A stretch of 64,000 nucleotides of DNA from Tubulanus polymorphus. Lineage: Eukaryota; Animalia; Nemertea. The translations under genes and the position numbers were made by a program. Location of the stretch: positions 868,001-932,000 of the forward strand of contig NC_134036.1 in NCBI RefSeq assembly GCF_964204645.1, read 5' to 3'. The notes under the pieces were generated by a model. That model was not told where the DNA came from, made no database searches, and saw only the letters and a program-made list of their open reading frames with translations. Shown in pieces: positions 14,621 through 28,200 of the stretch; positions within the stretch are counted from its first letter, which is position 1; each line of letters begins with the position of its first letter.

Positions 14621-16181
14621 GACTTTTTTACAATATTAGTTTGTTATTTTAAGTTGAGTGGTGAGGGTTTGGGAAATTTTTATATCTATTTAATTGCTCG
14701 AACTGAAGAAATCCAAGCGACAATTCGGTGGTATATGCATGCAACGCGGACGATGATCAATCACAGGTCTTTCTCAACTGATGACAGAATTTCGATGATT
14801 TTTTTAACGTCACCAAATTCCAGTCAGAGTAGATGTGCACGCGGCAATGTCTGGTGAACGTGTGTATAAATTCGGCTTCAAAACGACTCTATCCAATAGA
14901 GAATAACTCACTGGAGACCTGTCATACGCTCTACTACACAATAGTGCCGCGTGACTGCACAAACTTCGATATCCCAAAGCAAAACTCGAAAATAGTAAAA
15001 TTGAGCCGGTATTATAGTTCAAAACCAGACGTAAATAGAAGGGAAATCTACACTAAAGTTTGTTGGATAGTTTAGATAAAATTCAGCGTACAATTTTAGG
15101 CTAAAATCGTAGCATTCGATATTTCTATCTTTAACAATATGTGTCTCTATGAATACGCGAATTAAACTCGATGACCTGTAAGCCCCATTGAAATGTTTGG
15201 CACGAATTGAATGGTTCTCGAGAATTAGCGTCACGGACTCGGGTCTGCCACAGGAATGCGCGATCGAGCTCTCTGATTGACCCATTCCGGTCGCCTCGAT
15301 GATGCACCGTCGTTGATTGGTCGACGTAGGTATTAGAAGCGCGGTTCGAGCCTCCCGATGCCAGTCCGAGAACTGACGTCCAGAGATGAAGGTCAGCCTA
15401 TAAGAGCTCTGCAATAAGGCGTGAAGAACGTGTGGCTTCAAGCAAACAACCTACTAATTAGCGGCTGGTGATGTTAGGAGAGACTGGAACGTGAAGGAAT
15501 TTGTGACGCCTAGCTATTGAGAACGCAAGATGAGACTGGCAGCTGTTGGTGCTGATGATTGCGGAGGAGATCCCGCTGCTGCTGCTGTTGCTGCTGTTGA
15601 TGTCGGATTTCAACTACAAACCGATGACGGCTCACTTGCTGATGAGGACGAGTTGCTGTTGTTGCCGATTTCCGATGTTCTATTTCAAGACGCACACATT
15701 TTGATCAGGTTAGAAATTTCATATAGAATTCAAAACTCTGAATCGAATCTTTCGAAAATTATCGCGTTTTGATTGTTGAACCAAATTCGGCTTAATTTGA
15801 ATCGAAATTGCATTTTGAAATTCAACGTTTTGTTTTTTAATCTCAAATTCTAGTTTTCAAAACGCTTTTGGTTTTTGTCAGATTTATTTCTGGAATTCCT
15901 CTTGGTTATATTAGTCGCAATTTTATGCATTATGAATATTGTGTCTTTTTAGGGTTAAACCGAAACCAGTTCGCTACTACTGACAACTACATGTACACGA
16001 CTCGGTTTGTCGCAACGTCCTGAACTAGTTTGCTGCAGGTGCTGCATTGGGAACCGCATCAACCCACATTTTGCTGTTTCGGTATCTTTACATTAAGATA
16101 AGGTAATTATATTAAACTACACCCATCCGGAATCGTTTTTCAGTTCATCCGATTTCTTTTTCAGCCGGCAATATTTGAGTT

Positions 16182-16590
16182 GACTCTACTCCGACTACGG
16201 CACCATCTTCAAACCTCGAGACGCAGACTCTACTCCGACTACGGCAACATCTTCAAACCTCGAGACGCAGACTCTACTCCGACTACGGCACCATCTTCAA
16301 ACCTCGAGACGCAGACTCTACTCCGACTACGGCACCATCTTCAAACCTCGAGACGCAGACTCTACTCCGACTACGGCAACATCTTCAAACCTCGAGACGC
16401 AGACTCTACTCCGACTACGGCACCATCTTCAAACCTCGAGACGCAGACTCTACTCCGACTACGGCAACATCTTCAAACCTCGAGACGCAGACTCTACTCC
16501 GACGACTACGGCACCATCTTCAAACCTCGAGACGCAGACTCTACTCCGACGACTACGGCACCATCTTCAAACGACGCAGACTCTACTCCG
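16182..16590. repeat. Tandem repeat, 44 bp unit, ~9 copies
   Basis: Unit gactctactccgactacggca(c/a)catcttcaaacctcgagacgca. Confidence 0.96.
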
Positions 16591-16916
16591 TCATTATTTC
16601 GTTTTGTCGCATGTTATAAACGTAAATAAATAAACGTCCATCTACATAAAATACTCGTCTTCCCTAAAAATCTCTTGTCTCGGGCACTTTTCCCCGGAAA
16701 GGACTCTTCCGCTTACAACTTCTCACGTTCAAGAAGGAAAGGACAAGGACAAAGTCAAAAAGGAAAGGACAAATCAAAGCATTTATTCCAAATTCAAAGT
16801 AGGAATTTCTTACAGCTTGTTTGCAAAAGTAAAATTCAACATTTTATTGAAACATCAAAAATTCCAACAGAAGTAAAATTCAATATTTTTATTTAATCAT
16901 CAACAACCAATAAATT

Positions 16917-16985
16917 ATGGGATTTGAACCACCAACCATTCGGCTAGCAGTCCCAGCACCCTACCAACTACGCTATAGCGGACGT
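16917..16985 (-). mobile_element. tRNA-like head (SINE or tRNA pseudogene)
   Basis: Minus strand tagcgtagttgg (A box) ... ggttcaaatcc (B box); acceptor stem does not pair. Confidence 0.5.
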
Positions 16986-17100
16986 ACTGACAGCACACAG
17001 AGGCACTCCTATTTATCCATTGCTTAAGCAAATTTTATCCAAAAAAATAATGCCATCTACCGGGTGAGACAGGAACTACTAGTTCCTATCACAACCCGGT

Positions 17101-17542
17101 AGATGACAAGAGAGAATGACAGAGTAAGGAGAGGAGGAAGGTGAGATGAGAATAGGAGAGTGAGATGAGAATGGGAGAGTGAGATGAGAGATGAGAGAGT
17201 GAGATTAGAATGGGAGAGTGAGATGAGAATGGGAGAGTGAGATGAGAATGGGAGAGTGAGATGAGAATGGGAGAGTGAGATGAGAGATGAGAATGGGAGA
17301 GTGAGAGATGAGAGAGTAAGGAGAGAGGAGAATGAAACAGAGTGAGATGAGAATGGGAGAGTGAGATGAGAGATGAGAGAGTGAGATGAGAATGGGAGAG
17401 TGAGATGAGAATGGGAGAGTGAGATGAGAATGGGAGAGTGAGATGAGAGATGAGAATGGGAGAGTGAGAGATGAGAGAGTAAGGAGAGAGGAGAATGAAA
17501 CAGAGTGAGATGAGAATGAGATAATGAAAGAGATAGAGAGAG
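17101..17542. repeat. Purine-rich low-complexity minisatellite (~19 bp unit gagtgagatgagaatggga)
   Basis: Direct inspection. Confidence 0.95.
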
Positions 17543-17823
17543 CATATCACCTGAACTTCTATGTTCCTCTTGTTTTCTATTTAGGATGCTGTCAGCAGTT
17601 TTACAGTTCAAACAGATATTTATCCCATCAGCAGCAATGTTATTATTTCGTCCTCGTGGACATAAAGTTCACTATAACTAAAGTCAAGTTCTCGCAATAT
17701 TTGTTCGTTTGTTTGTTTATCCAGTCGCTGAGTCCGAACACTGCCCACACGTATTTATCCAGTTCATCTGATGTAGTCCTGATCATCAAACACAAACGTC
17801 AATAGTTCCACCATATTGATGAC

Positions 17824-20695
17824 AAACATCCTAAAAATATACATGAAACTTAATAGATTTAAGGCCATCAATCAAACATACAGAGTTAGAGTTAAGTCTA
17901 GTAACCGGTGTATCAGAGAAATGGCAATCTAAGGTACCCCCAAAATGAGGGTTAGGGGTCAAATATTTTTTGTCTCTGATTTCGATGAAATTTAGTACAG
18001 ACATGTATTCTGGGGTGCTGATCACAAATCTGAAAGAATTTTTCAGATCCGAGGTCCCAAAAATGAGAAATTCGAATTTTTGGGGGACCCCTAAATTTTC
18101 AAAAGGCCTTGGACCCCAGAGTTTTCGAGATTTTTGAAATCTGATTGCAGATTTGGAATCAGCACCCCTGAAAATAGTATGGACTAAAATGTTAAGAAAA
18201 TCGAAGAGATTCGATTTTTTGGCCAAAAACGGCAAAAATCTAAGGTGTAAGTCCAGGAGTTTTTTTTGGGCGAAAAATTTTTTTTCTCTGATTCCTTCGA
18301 AACTTGGTAGGAAGATGTATTCCGAGGTGTAGATTCCGGATATGCAATCAGATTTTAAATCGGAATTCATCTTCATGGGCAAATAAGGGTTTTAATGCCC
18401 AAAATATGCACCCCAAAAATGGGGTACAAAGTCAAAATTTTTTTTTGGCCCAATTTTAATAAAATTTAGTACAGACATGTTTTTTGGGGTGCTGATCACG
18501 AATATGAAGTTAGTTTTTGGATTTGAGGCCCCTAAAATTAGATATTCACGATTTTGTGTTTTGACCCTTATTTTCGTCACAATTTTTTGTCAAAAATACA
18601 ATTTTTTATCTATTGAGCCAAATATTCAATTAATTTTTAGGTAGAAATTGATGCTCTTACTAAAACCATGAATTATAATTCCTGTCACACAACTACAGGC
18701 TGCTACAAATAACTCCATTGACAATTCTTATGAAATGCAGTAAACACTATGTTTACAGATAAACTGCTTTCTTATAATTGTTTCTGAGACTGAGAATAAA
18801 TTCTACTCACACAAGTCTCCTTCCTTGTATAGCAGTAATAATAGTCCACCGAGTTCCACAATTCCACATTCCACATACAGAGTTCCACATCTCCAGGAGT
18901 TCACCACCGATTATTTTTTACGAGTATCAATCCACTTATAGTCCAGTTAGTTCACTAGTAGTCCGGTTAGTTCACTAGTAGTCCAGTAAGTTGACTGAAG
19001 AAGTAAAACTGTGATAAATTTCAGTTGAAGTCCACCACGTCCAGTATTCATGATGAAGTTTAGACGACAAACAGCCCAGAGAGGAAAACCTGAAATATAA
19101 AATTGAAACAGAATTGAGAATCACATGACGGAGATGGGATGAGGAATAGTTAGGTATAAGCAAAAGTTTTCAGCAGTTTTCAGCACTTTACTGGATTAAG
19201 ATATTATCGTTTTTATACAACTCTGTGATAGTATACTCGGCCCGTGTGGGAATAAGATGGCGGATACTGGGCGAGTCAGCAGCTGCCTGCCGAAGATATG
19301 ACAATGAGGAGGGAGGAAATAACAGGAATTGTAACAGTTCATCAAGATTTGTGAAACCATCACCTGCACCATCATGGCTGCATTGGCCACAGCTGAAAGG
19401 TTATTGACACTCGGGGTCTCGCTGTGTGTCTGTGGGGGACACAAAATCTCTGTGAGGATATATATGCATATATTGTTCATAAATTATTATTAATTGCATG
19501 TTATTTTGTAGAACGAAGTTATCTTCTTTACTATGTCTATACGAATTTGAATCTGAAAGCTCATCCTTTTCAATATGTACGGAAATTGTATGTGGAGTTT
19601 TGAGTTGTAACAAAATTAAATGAGTTAAAGAGACACAAAATCTAATGAATTAACCAATATCAAAATTCGTACATTGAGAATCATTGTGGCTTTAAAAGTA
19701 TTTTAACAATTGAGAGAATAGTTTCATTAAATAAAGAATTGGCGATTGAATTGAGCGCGCTCCACAGTCGAAATTGCGCGATTCCCATATCGACCGTCTT
19801 GTGCTGCCCCCATGTATAACGATAGCGGGGAAAACGTGAACTAATATAGTACTCGCTTGCCAGAGTCTCCGAACGGCCGCCGTGGACGCACTAATTACCA
19901 ATTTGCGGGCCGGATTCCGAGGAAATTCTCAAACTTTTTAAAACAGCTCTTAAACTATTGTACAAAAATATTTTTCTGAAAAGAATAAACCTTATAAGAG
20001 TAAATTTGAATCGGGATATTTCTAGTATCGTTGGGGAGAGAGCTACAGGTGTTTGTATGTTCCCTGATTATTTGTGCGCAATTAAAATATATCGAAGAAA
20101 AAATATGGAAATTTTGCCAATGCAGATGATAAGTATCACTCAAAAATGTAAATGAATAATTTATCATGCATGAAAATATTAATTAATTGATAAGTAATTA
20201 GTGAATTTTGCTAAAAGTTGAATATCGCTACCCAAAAAATTTGAAAATATCATATAAAATTCAGAAATTATTCATAGTATCAGATTTTAAGCAGAATGAG
20301 ACGCCGCATTGGTCCGCATTGTACGTAATAAGGAAATTTATATTCCGGCGGTAAGTATTGCCCGCTATTTTAGTTCATTGAAATTCCGCTAATGGTTTAC
20401 ATAGGGGCAGCACTGTACGGTTAAGATCTAACCCAGCATCCCATCTTACTGTGGCATGTGAGTAATACAGATATGTTTCTTTGCCGAATTTTGTTCATAA
20501 TTTAACACGATTCCGCTGTATATGAATAATTCTATTAACTTTTAAGCTTTATCTTAGAGGATCTTCTTTATAAAACGATTTTCACGCCAGTTTTGATAGA
20601 ACTCTTTTGTCAGCGGTAGGTATTAACATTCGGTAAAGCGGTAGATTCACATGCCACAGGAAGAATTTCAAGCAAATTAAATTTTATTTGCCAAA
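17824..20695. repeat. Copy 1 of a diverged ~2.9 kb non-coding tandem duplication (composite element with internal direct and inverted repeats)
   Basis: Blocks 17824-18660, 18770-18950 and 19660-20695 are colinear with 21489-22345, 22380-22550 and 23250-24290. Confidence 0.8.
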
Positions 20696-21488
20696 TTAGT
20701 GCATTCAACTCACCACCGCCATCAAAACCATCAAACATCCTATTTAGGTCGACACTTCTTGGTCAGGGTTCATTCAAATTCTCCCTAATGAAACCAACTA
20801 AAAATTGGCACCAACAACTTGAAAGACTTCAGTTGAACTTCGTTAATACGACAAATCTGTGTAAAGACGAAACCAGTTTGATTCAACAATTGCATCCCAC
20901 AAGATTCATATTAACAAGGTTCCACCTTAACTAGAACAAAAATTCAGTTACAACCACCAAAAAATTAGTGAATAATTAATCTATTGTGAAATTCATTTAT
21001 TTCATTGAAAAATGTGCATCAGAGTTAAATATCAAACTAGTCTTGCATAAAGCGAACATGTGATCAACTCCGCAATGAACTGACTGAACTAACCCAGGAA
21101 TCGAAACCTGAAATCAGATTTACAATATCAGACATCAGATTTATGACGCATCAGTTTCACACATGTTTCTGGTGCGTTATGTTATTACAGTACAGTAGAG
21201 TCTGTTCCTAACTCAACAACTCTATGTACCGTCGTGGAGAAATAAACTTGAAATTAATCATTTCTTTCCAAAATATGGAGTGAGTGATGTTTTACGAGTG
21301 TTTTAAATCTAGAGAAATCGAGACTTACCTTGAACTACCTCAAACGATAGAAATGATCATCCATGTTTCCTAAACCTATTGAGCCATGTTTATTTCTACC
21401 CCACACGTACAGATCATTGTTATCTACAATATAATAACATTGTAAACATTGTAACATCATTCTACTACAATCAGAAATTCATAAAAAT

Positions 21489-24290
21489 AAACATCCTAAA
21501 AAATATACATAAAACTTGATAGTTTTGAGGCCACCAATCAAACATACACGGTTAGAGTTACCAGTGTATCAGAGGAATGGCAATCTAAGGTACCCCCAAA
21601 ATGAGGGTCAGGAGTCAAATATTTTTTGTCACCGATTTCGATGGAATTTAATATAGACATGTATTCTGGGGTGCTGATCACAAATATGGAAGAATTTTTC
21701 GGATCCAAGGCCCAAAAAATGAGAAATTCAAATTTTTGGGGGACCCCCTACATTTTTAAAATGCTGTGGATCCGACAGTTTTCGAGATATTCGAAATCTG
21801 ATTGCAGATTTGGAATCAGTGCCCCTGAAAATACCAGGGACTAAAATTTCAAGCAAATCGAAGAGATTCAGTTTTTTGGCAAAAAATGACAAAAATCTAA
21901 GGTGTTAGTCCAGGAGTTTTTTTCGAGCGAAAAATTTTTTTTCTCTGATTCCTTCGAAACTTGGTAGGAAGATGTATTCTGAGGTGTAGATTCCGGATCC
22001 GCAATCAGATTTTGAATCGAAATGCATCTTCATGGCCAAATAAGGGTTTTAATGCCCAAAATGTGCACCCCAAAAATGGGGTATAAAGCCAAAAATTTTT
22101 TTTTGCCAATTTTAATAAAATTTGGTGCAGCCATGTTTTTTGGGGTGCTGATCATGAAAATGAAGTTAGTTTTTGGATCCGAGACTCCTAAAATGAGATA
22201 TTCAGGATTTTATGTTACATGACCCCCTAAACCTAATCTCAAAATCTCAAATTTTGATGAAATTTGGTCCAGATGATATATAGATTTTTTTATTTAGTGC
22301 TAATGTCAAGTATTCAATTGATTTTTAGATAGATATTGATGCCCCTGAAATTCAGTAAACTCTTATGTCCAAATAGATAAAACTGCTCATAGGCCTAATT
22401 GTTTTTGAAACCAAGAAATTCTACTCACACAAGTCTAGCAGTAGTAATAATAGTATACCGGGTTCCACGATTCCACATACAGAGTTCCACACCTCCAGGA
22501 GTCCACCACTGACTGTTTACACGATCAATCCAATTCATCAGTCCAGAATGATCAGATTCCAATCCGCATGAATTAGGCTTGAAGTTCCTGCCGGTTTTCA
22601 CAATAGCCTTTAAACACTCAATTCCTGAAGAAAATACAAAAACATGAAATCGTAACAGTTGCGGTTCTCACAATTACAGGAATCGGAAAATTCCTACGTT
22701 TTTGCCAAGTATATTTCATTGGTGATTTTCCAATTTTCCCAAATGGAAAATGAGGGCCTTCGTAATAATGAACAGATAGTGTCATACTACAGGATATCAT
22801 CAGAGGACAGACTAACAGTCATTTTATTTAGTGGTGACTGGTTGATAAAGGTGACTTTCAAGGGAAATTGCTGAAGAATGTTGCCCTTAGCAAATGCAAT
22901 ACATGAAATGTACAAGGTTAATGAATTTCCAGTTTCCGTAATTAGAGAACAATCTCTCAAATTTCCAAATATTTCGAAAAAGAGAATTATCATTTCTAAA
23001 TATCCAAGTTTTTCCTAATTTCCCTGTTCTGTGGGAACCATGAACAGTCTCTAGAGAATCAGGTGGGGATGCGAGTGAGGGGGGAGGGGTGTAAATGACC
23101 AAGCCACAGGGGATAGTCACGATAGCCGGGGGTCCAAAATTAAGATTTGACCCAGTCAGTATCCTGACCTAGGTACCACCTATAAAAAATGATATATCCT
23201 TTTTTACGTTGGTTACCCACGAGAATTCTTCACCTTTTTAACCAAAGTTCTCAAACACCGTAAAAAACAAATTATACCTAAAACTGGCTTTAAATTCTTT
23301 GCCAATTGAGCGAATTGTCTCATTAAATAAAGCATGAAATTGATGCTTCGCGCTCCACAGTAAAAATGGCGTGTCGACCGTCTAGTGCTGCCCCAGTGTC
23401 AAACGATAGCGGAGAAAATGTGAACTAATATAAAACTCGCTTGCCAGAGTCTTCGAACGGCTGTACTGGACGGACTATTTACCGATTTGCGGGCCGGATT
23501 CAGAGAAAAGTTTTCCCAACTCTTAAAACATCTGTGAAACTATTCAACTGACAATTTTGTATAATAGGATTAGTTTTAATAGAGTAAATTTGTATCGGGG
23601 TGTTTTTATTGTTATTAGGGCGAGGGCAACGGGTGGTTGTACATTTGTGCGCAAAAATATATCATAGAAGCACAAATATATCATACAAGGAAAGAAGTGG
23701 AAGTGTATTCGACGTTTCTGATGAATTATCATTATAAAATCTTAATGAATAATTTATTCTGTATATACAATACAGATTAATTGCAAAGCAAGTCAGTTTT
23801 TGCTTCAAAAAAATAGAATATAGTTACCTAAAAATACGAAAATACCATTCATAATTCAGAATGTATTCATAGTATCATATTTAATCAGAATTAGGCGACA
23901 CAGTGGTCCGTATTGTACGTAATAAGGGAATTTATATTCCGGCGTGAAATATGCGCCGCTATTTCAGTTCACAGAAATTCCGCTATCGTTGTTCATAGGG
24001 GCAGCACTTTACGGTTGAGATCTAACCAGCCTAGCTTTTCTACTGTGGCATGCGAGGAACGCGGATAATTTTTTGAGTCGAAATTCATTCATCACTCAAC
24101 TCTGGTTTGTTTTAAATGAATACTTGTGTCAACGTTGAAGCTTAATTAAGTAGAATCTGCTTTTGTAATCGATTTTTAAACCACTTTTAATAGAACTCTT
24201 TGTTCAGCGAATGTATTCGGTAAAGCGGTGTAAAGCGGTAACTCACATGCCACAGAAAGAATTCAAAGCAAATTAAACTTTATTCGCCAC
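21489..24290. repeat. Copy 2 of the diverged non-coding tandem duplication
   Basis: Same order and orientation as copy 1; period ~3.6 kb. Confidence 0.8.
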
Positions 24291-25251
24291 GATTTTCAGA
24301 CCATATATATTAATCAATATTTAACTAACCAGTTGTTTGTAGAGTCAAATCTTCACAGCGAATTTCCAATTGTAGAATTTGAATCAAAACATTTCACAAT
24401 AACCGGTTAAAAGTGTACCTAAAAATAATTAGAAAACTGAAATCTTAGAATACCTCAAATTATATTAATCAAAGACGGTTTCTAAAAAACGAACTGAAAT
24501 TTGCCGCATCCACCAAAAATATCGACATCTTTTGACTTATTGAATCTGGAATAATGGATTAGCAGAGCAGGAGCACTCTCATCCAAATAAACCTACCTCG
24601 AATTTAGGCAAAACCTCTCAGCAGATTCACCCAACTGCATTAACCACTATTTGTTAACAAGTTCCCATCATGAATTCCGTGTCTCAATCGCACTTTCTTA
24701 ATTCGATTTTGTAATTCAAAAATTTAGGTTATTTATGACATATGAATTATTGTAGAGAAGGGGCGACGATTTCCTGATTCATATTTCCAAACTCAAACCG
24801 ACTAAGATCTGATTTTATATATAACATTTATTATCATTATTAATTTTTCGTTTACGATGTCTTCAAATCATACACACATAAATATTAAAATACTAATTTC
24901 AGTTTTCACAATTTTAACATCCATCTCTTGACCTAGATTATATTACTACATGCACGTATCGCCATGTTACATGTTCATGTCATATTCGCCCGAATCTTCG
25001 TCATTTTAAGTCATTATTATTATCAAGCCTAGATTTAGAGTTTGAAGCGGCAGTAAACGATTTTAAAAACTCGGTTTAAAAGTTATCCCAGTTTTTTAAT
25101 ACTCGCTGAAATTACACTAGAACATAAACCAAGTCTATAAAACCGAGATCGCGGGTTCAGCTATTTTCAGTAGTTTGAAGCTAACGCCGGGGTTTTGTGT
25201 CTTCGCTAGGGCTATGTCGTCATTGTTACACGTGGTTGCTAGGTGATGATA

Positions 25252-28200
25252 TTAAAGCATGCGACGGATCATATAGTTGAGAATTCCGCCGTTGCGGAAA
25301 TACGTCAATTCCACTTCAGTATCGAACCGGGCGATAGCTTTAAACGTTCGTCCGTCATTCAACTGTGAAATAAATACAGAGAAATAAATAAACATCATTC
25401 AATAAAATGGCTCTAAATCCCCCTATGACATCATCAAATCGATGTAGTGATATAGACCATTCCAGAAAAGATATCTGCTTTCTATAAATCCCCCTATGAC
25501 ATCATCAAATCGACGTAGTGATATGGCGCATTTGTGAAATGATGTCTGCCTTCCAGAAATCCTCCGAAATGAAATCAAAATGATCAACAACCTTTCAATA
25601 AAGATGTCTACCATCATAAATCCCCCTATGACATCATCAAATTGATGCAATGAGGTAGACACTTCCAGAAAAGATGTCTGTACCCATAAATCCCCCTATG
25701 ACATCATCAAATTGATGCGATGATGTAGACACTTCCAGGAAAGATGCCTCCATAAATCCCCCTATGACATCATCAAATTGATGCGATGATGTAGACACTT
25801 CCAGAAAAGATGTCTGCCACCCTAAATCCCCCTATGACATCATAATCGTATTGCTTGTGTTTTAACTCACCTGTATATCGAGCGTCTGCTGCGGTTTAAT
25901 GTCTTCGGGAATGTTAATCGTGAATCGTTCTCGTCCCGTCAACCCGAGCGTTTCGGCCGTCTCCGTGGCGACGTACTGCAGCGGCATTATTCCCATTCCG
26001 ATCAGATTGCTGCGGTGAATTCGCTCGTAACTTTCAGCGATCACCGCTCGTACTCCCTGGCGACGACGCAACAATTAAAACCGTTGAAACATTCGAATCA
26101 TTTTGAAATATTTTATACTCCGCTTTTGATTAATCTCACCTGAATCCACGGACCCTTAGCGGCCCAGTCCCGCGACGAGCCCGAACCGTACTCCTTTCCG
26201 GCAAGAATGATCACCGTTTTGCCGTCGTTACGGTAACGCTCAGCTGCGTCGAATACGTCCATCTAAAAATAAAACGGTTTAAATTTCAAAAATTTCGGTC
26301 AGAATCATGGCAATCACGACGAGGCGAGTGTCGAGGAAATACTTACAATTTGGTCGTCTGGAATATAAACGGTTTTCGGGGCTTGTTTACCGAGGAATTT
26401 GTTCGTAATTCGTATGTTGGCGAACGTGCCTCGAGCCATGACTGCGTCATTACCACGACGAGAACCGTATGAATTATACTCCCTCGGTGTTAAACTGTTC
26501 GCAATATAGAAACACATTTATCATTTATAACTTATTTATAAATTTATCAAGCGTTTTACTTAATTACGGTAACTTTATCAAATTGTAAACTCCTATGGCC
26601 CAGTTCCACAGTTCTGAGTTAAGATTTGACTCTTCGGTTAACTCATTAGAAATGAAATAAACTCTAACTCACAACTGTGAAACTGGGTCTAGGGGCTGCA
26701 GCTGTAGTTGTCAAAGGTTGGTAAAAGATAACCGGTGGATAAATATCATAGTAACAATGACGTTTTAATTGTTACTATGTAAATTATCCACTCGTTAACT
26801 TTAACCAACCTTCAAGCCACCTGCCTGTTGTTCAGATCCCATAGTTAATACTCACCCTGAGGAATGGTAAGGGAGAGAAAAGAGGGACAGAAATACTCAG
26901 TTTATAGGGAGAGGGAAGAGAGAGGCCTCACTACTAGGTAGAAAGGGGAGAGAGGAGAAACTAACCCTCTTGCTGCTAGGCAGAGAGGGTTAAGAGGCCA
27001 ACCCCATTCCTGCTAGGTAGTGAGGGAGGGGAGATGATACTAACCCTCTATCTGCCAGGTATCTAGCCGCACAGCTATTACGCGCGATGCTGCCGGCTGG
27101 TGAAATGTGATCAGTTGTTACTGAATCTCCTAAATTCATCAACACGTAAGCATCCTCGATGTTCTTTAATCCCGGTACCTCTCGCGTCTAGAGAAAACAA
27201 ATTACAATACAATATCAGTGAATTGTTGAGCGAGGCTAGAAACAGTTGATACCAGTTTGTTTCCCATTTCTGCCAAGGACACGCCGCCTAACTACCCTTT
27301 TTTAAAAATCATTATGAAGCTAACTATATGAGACCTGGCAGTTATAGAAATGAACAGATTACAAATTTTATTGCAGTTTACGAAGTCACTGATTAGGAGA
27401 AACAAGGTATCATTTCCTCGATAACAGACAACAAACTTAACTAACAGGCAGTTATAGAATTATGAACTGATTACAAACATTTTTTTTGCAGTTTACTAAA
27501 GTGACCCCCAGCCGATAGGCAGAAACAAGGTATCATTCTATTTTTGCCTGAGCATAACCCCCAGCATCTAGAGATCATCGACAGCCATTTAAACATTCTC
27601 GAAATAAACACAAAGACTTACCATGCCTTCGAAAAACGGAGGTGATTTAATGTAAGTTGACTTCGGATCCCATGGGTAGAGCATGCTGTCGGGGGCGTCT
27701 AACGAATTCCATCTCTCATTACCCTCCTGTTGTAAAATAGAACATCAGAACTTTATGATCAACATTTCTAATTTGTCTATGAATTGTTGATTAATCTAAC
27801 TGGCTAGGCAAGGGACCGGGGGCTCACTGATCGCGGTGAAAACCATAAACCCATACCCTGCTTCATTTGTTATTATATTTTAAATGAACAGACAGGACCC
27901 AGTTCCACTGTTTGGAATAATCAAGATTTGACTCCAACTGAAAATGAACTAATCTTCATTCAGAGTGAACTCTACAAGTGTGGAACTGGATCCATTATTA
28001 TTTTGATGATCACTGAATGATGAACACTTTGTTTCTACTTTTTCAAATTTTTACCTTGATTTTCTGATAGACCTCTTTAAACATTGCCGGAATCACAAAC
28101 TCGTTTTCGACTGCCTGGATTTCATTTCGAGTCGGCCAAATATCCCTCAGATAGACGTCTTTACCTTCAGCATTTTGACCTACAATCAACAAGAATGAAT

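Noticed and set aside
16180-17611. ORFs 16180-16629, 17057-17611 and 17089-17550
   Set aside because: They are translations of tandem or low-complexity repeats.
17600-24400. snoRNA host gene
   Set aside because: Splice-like signals exist, but I found no correctly spaced C/D or H/ACA boxes with terminal stems.
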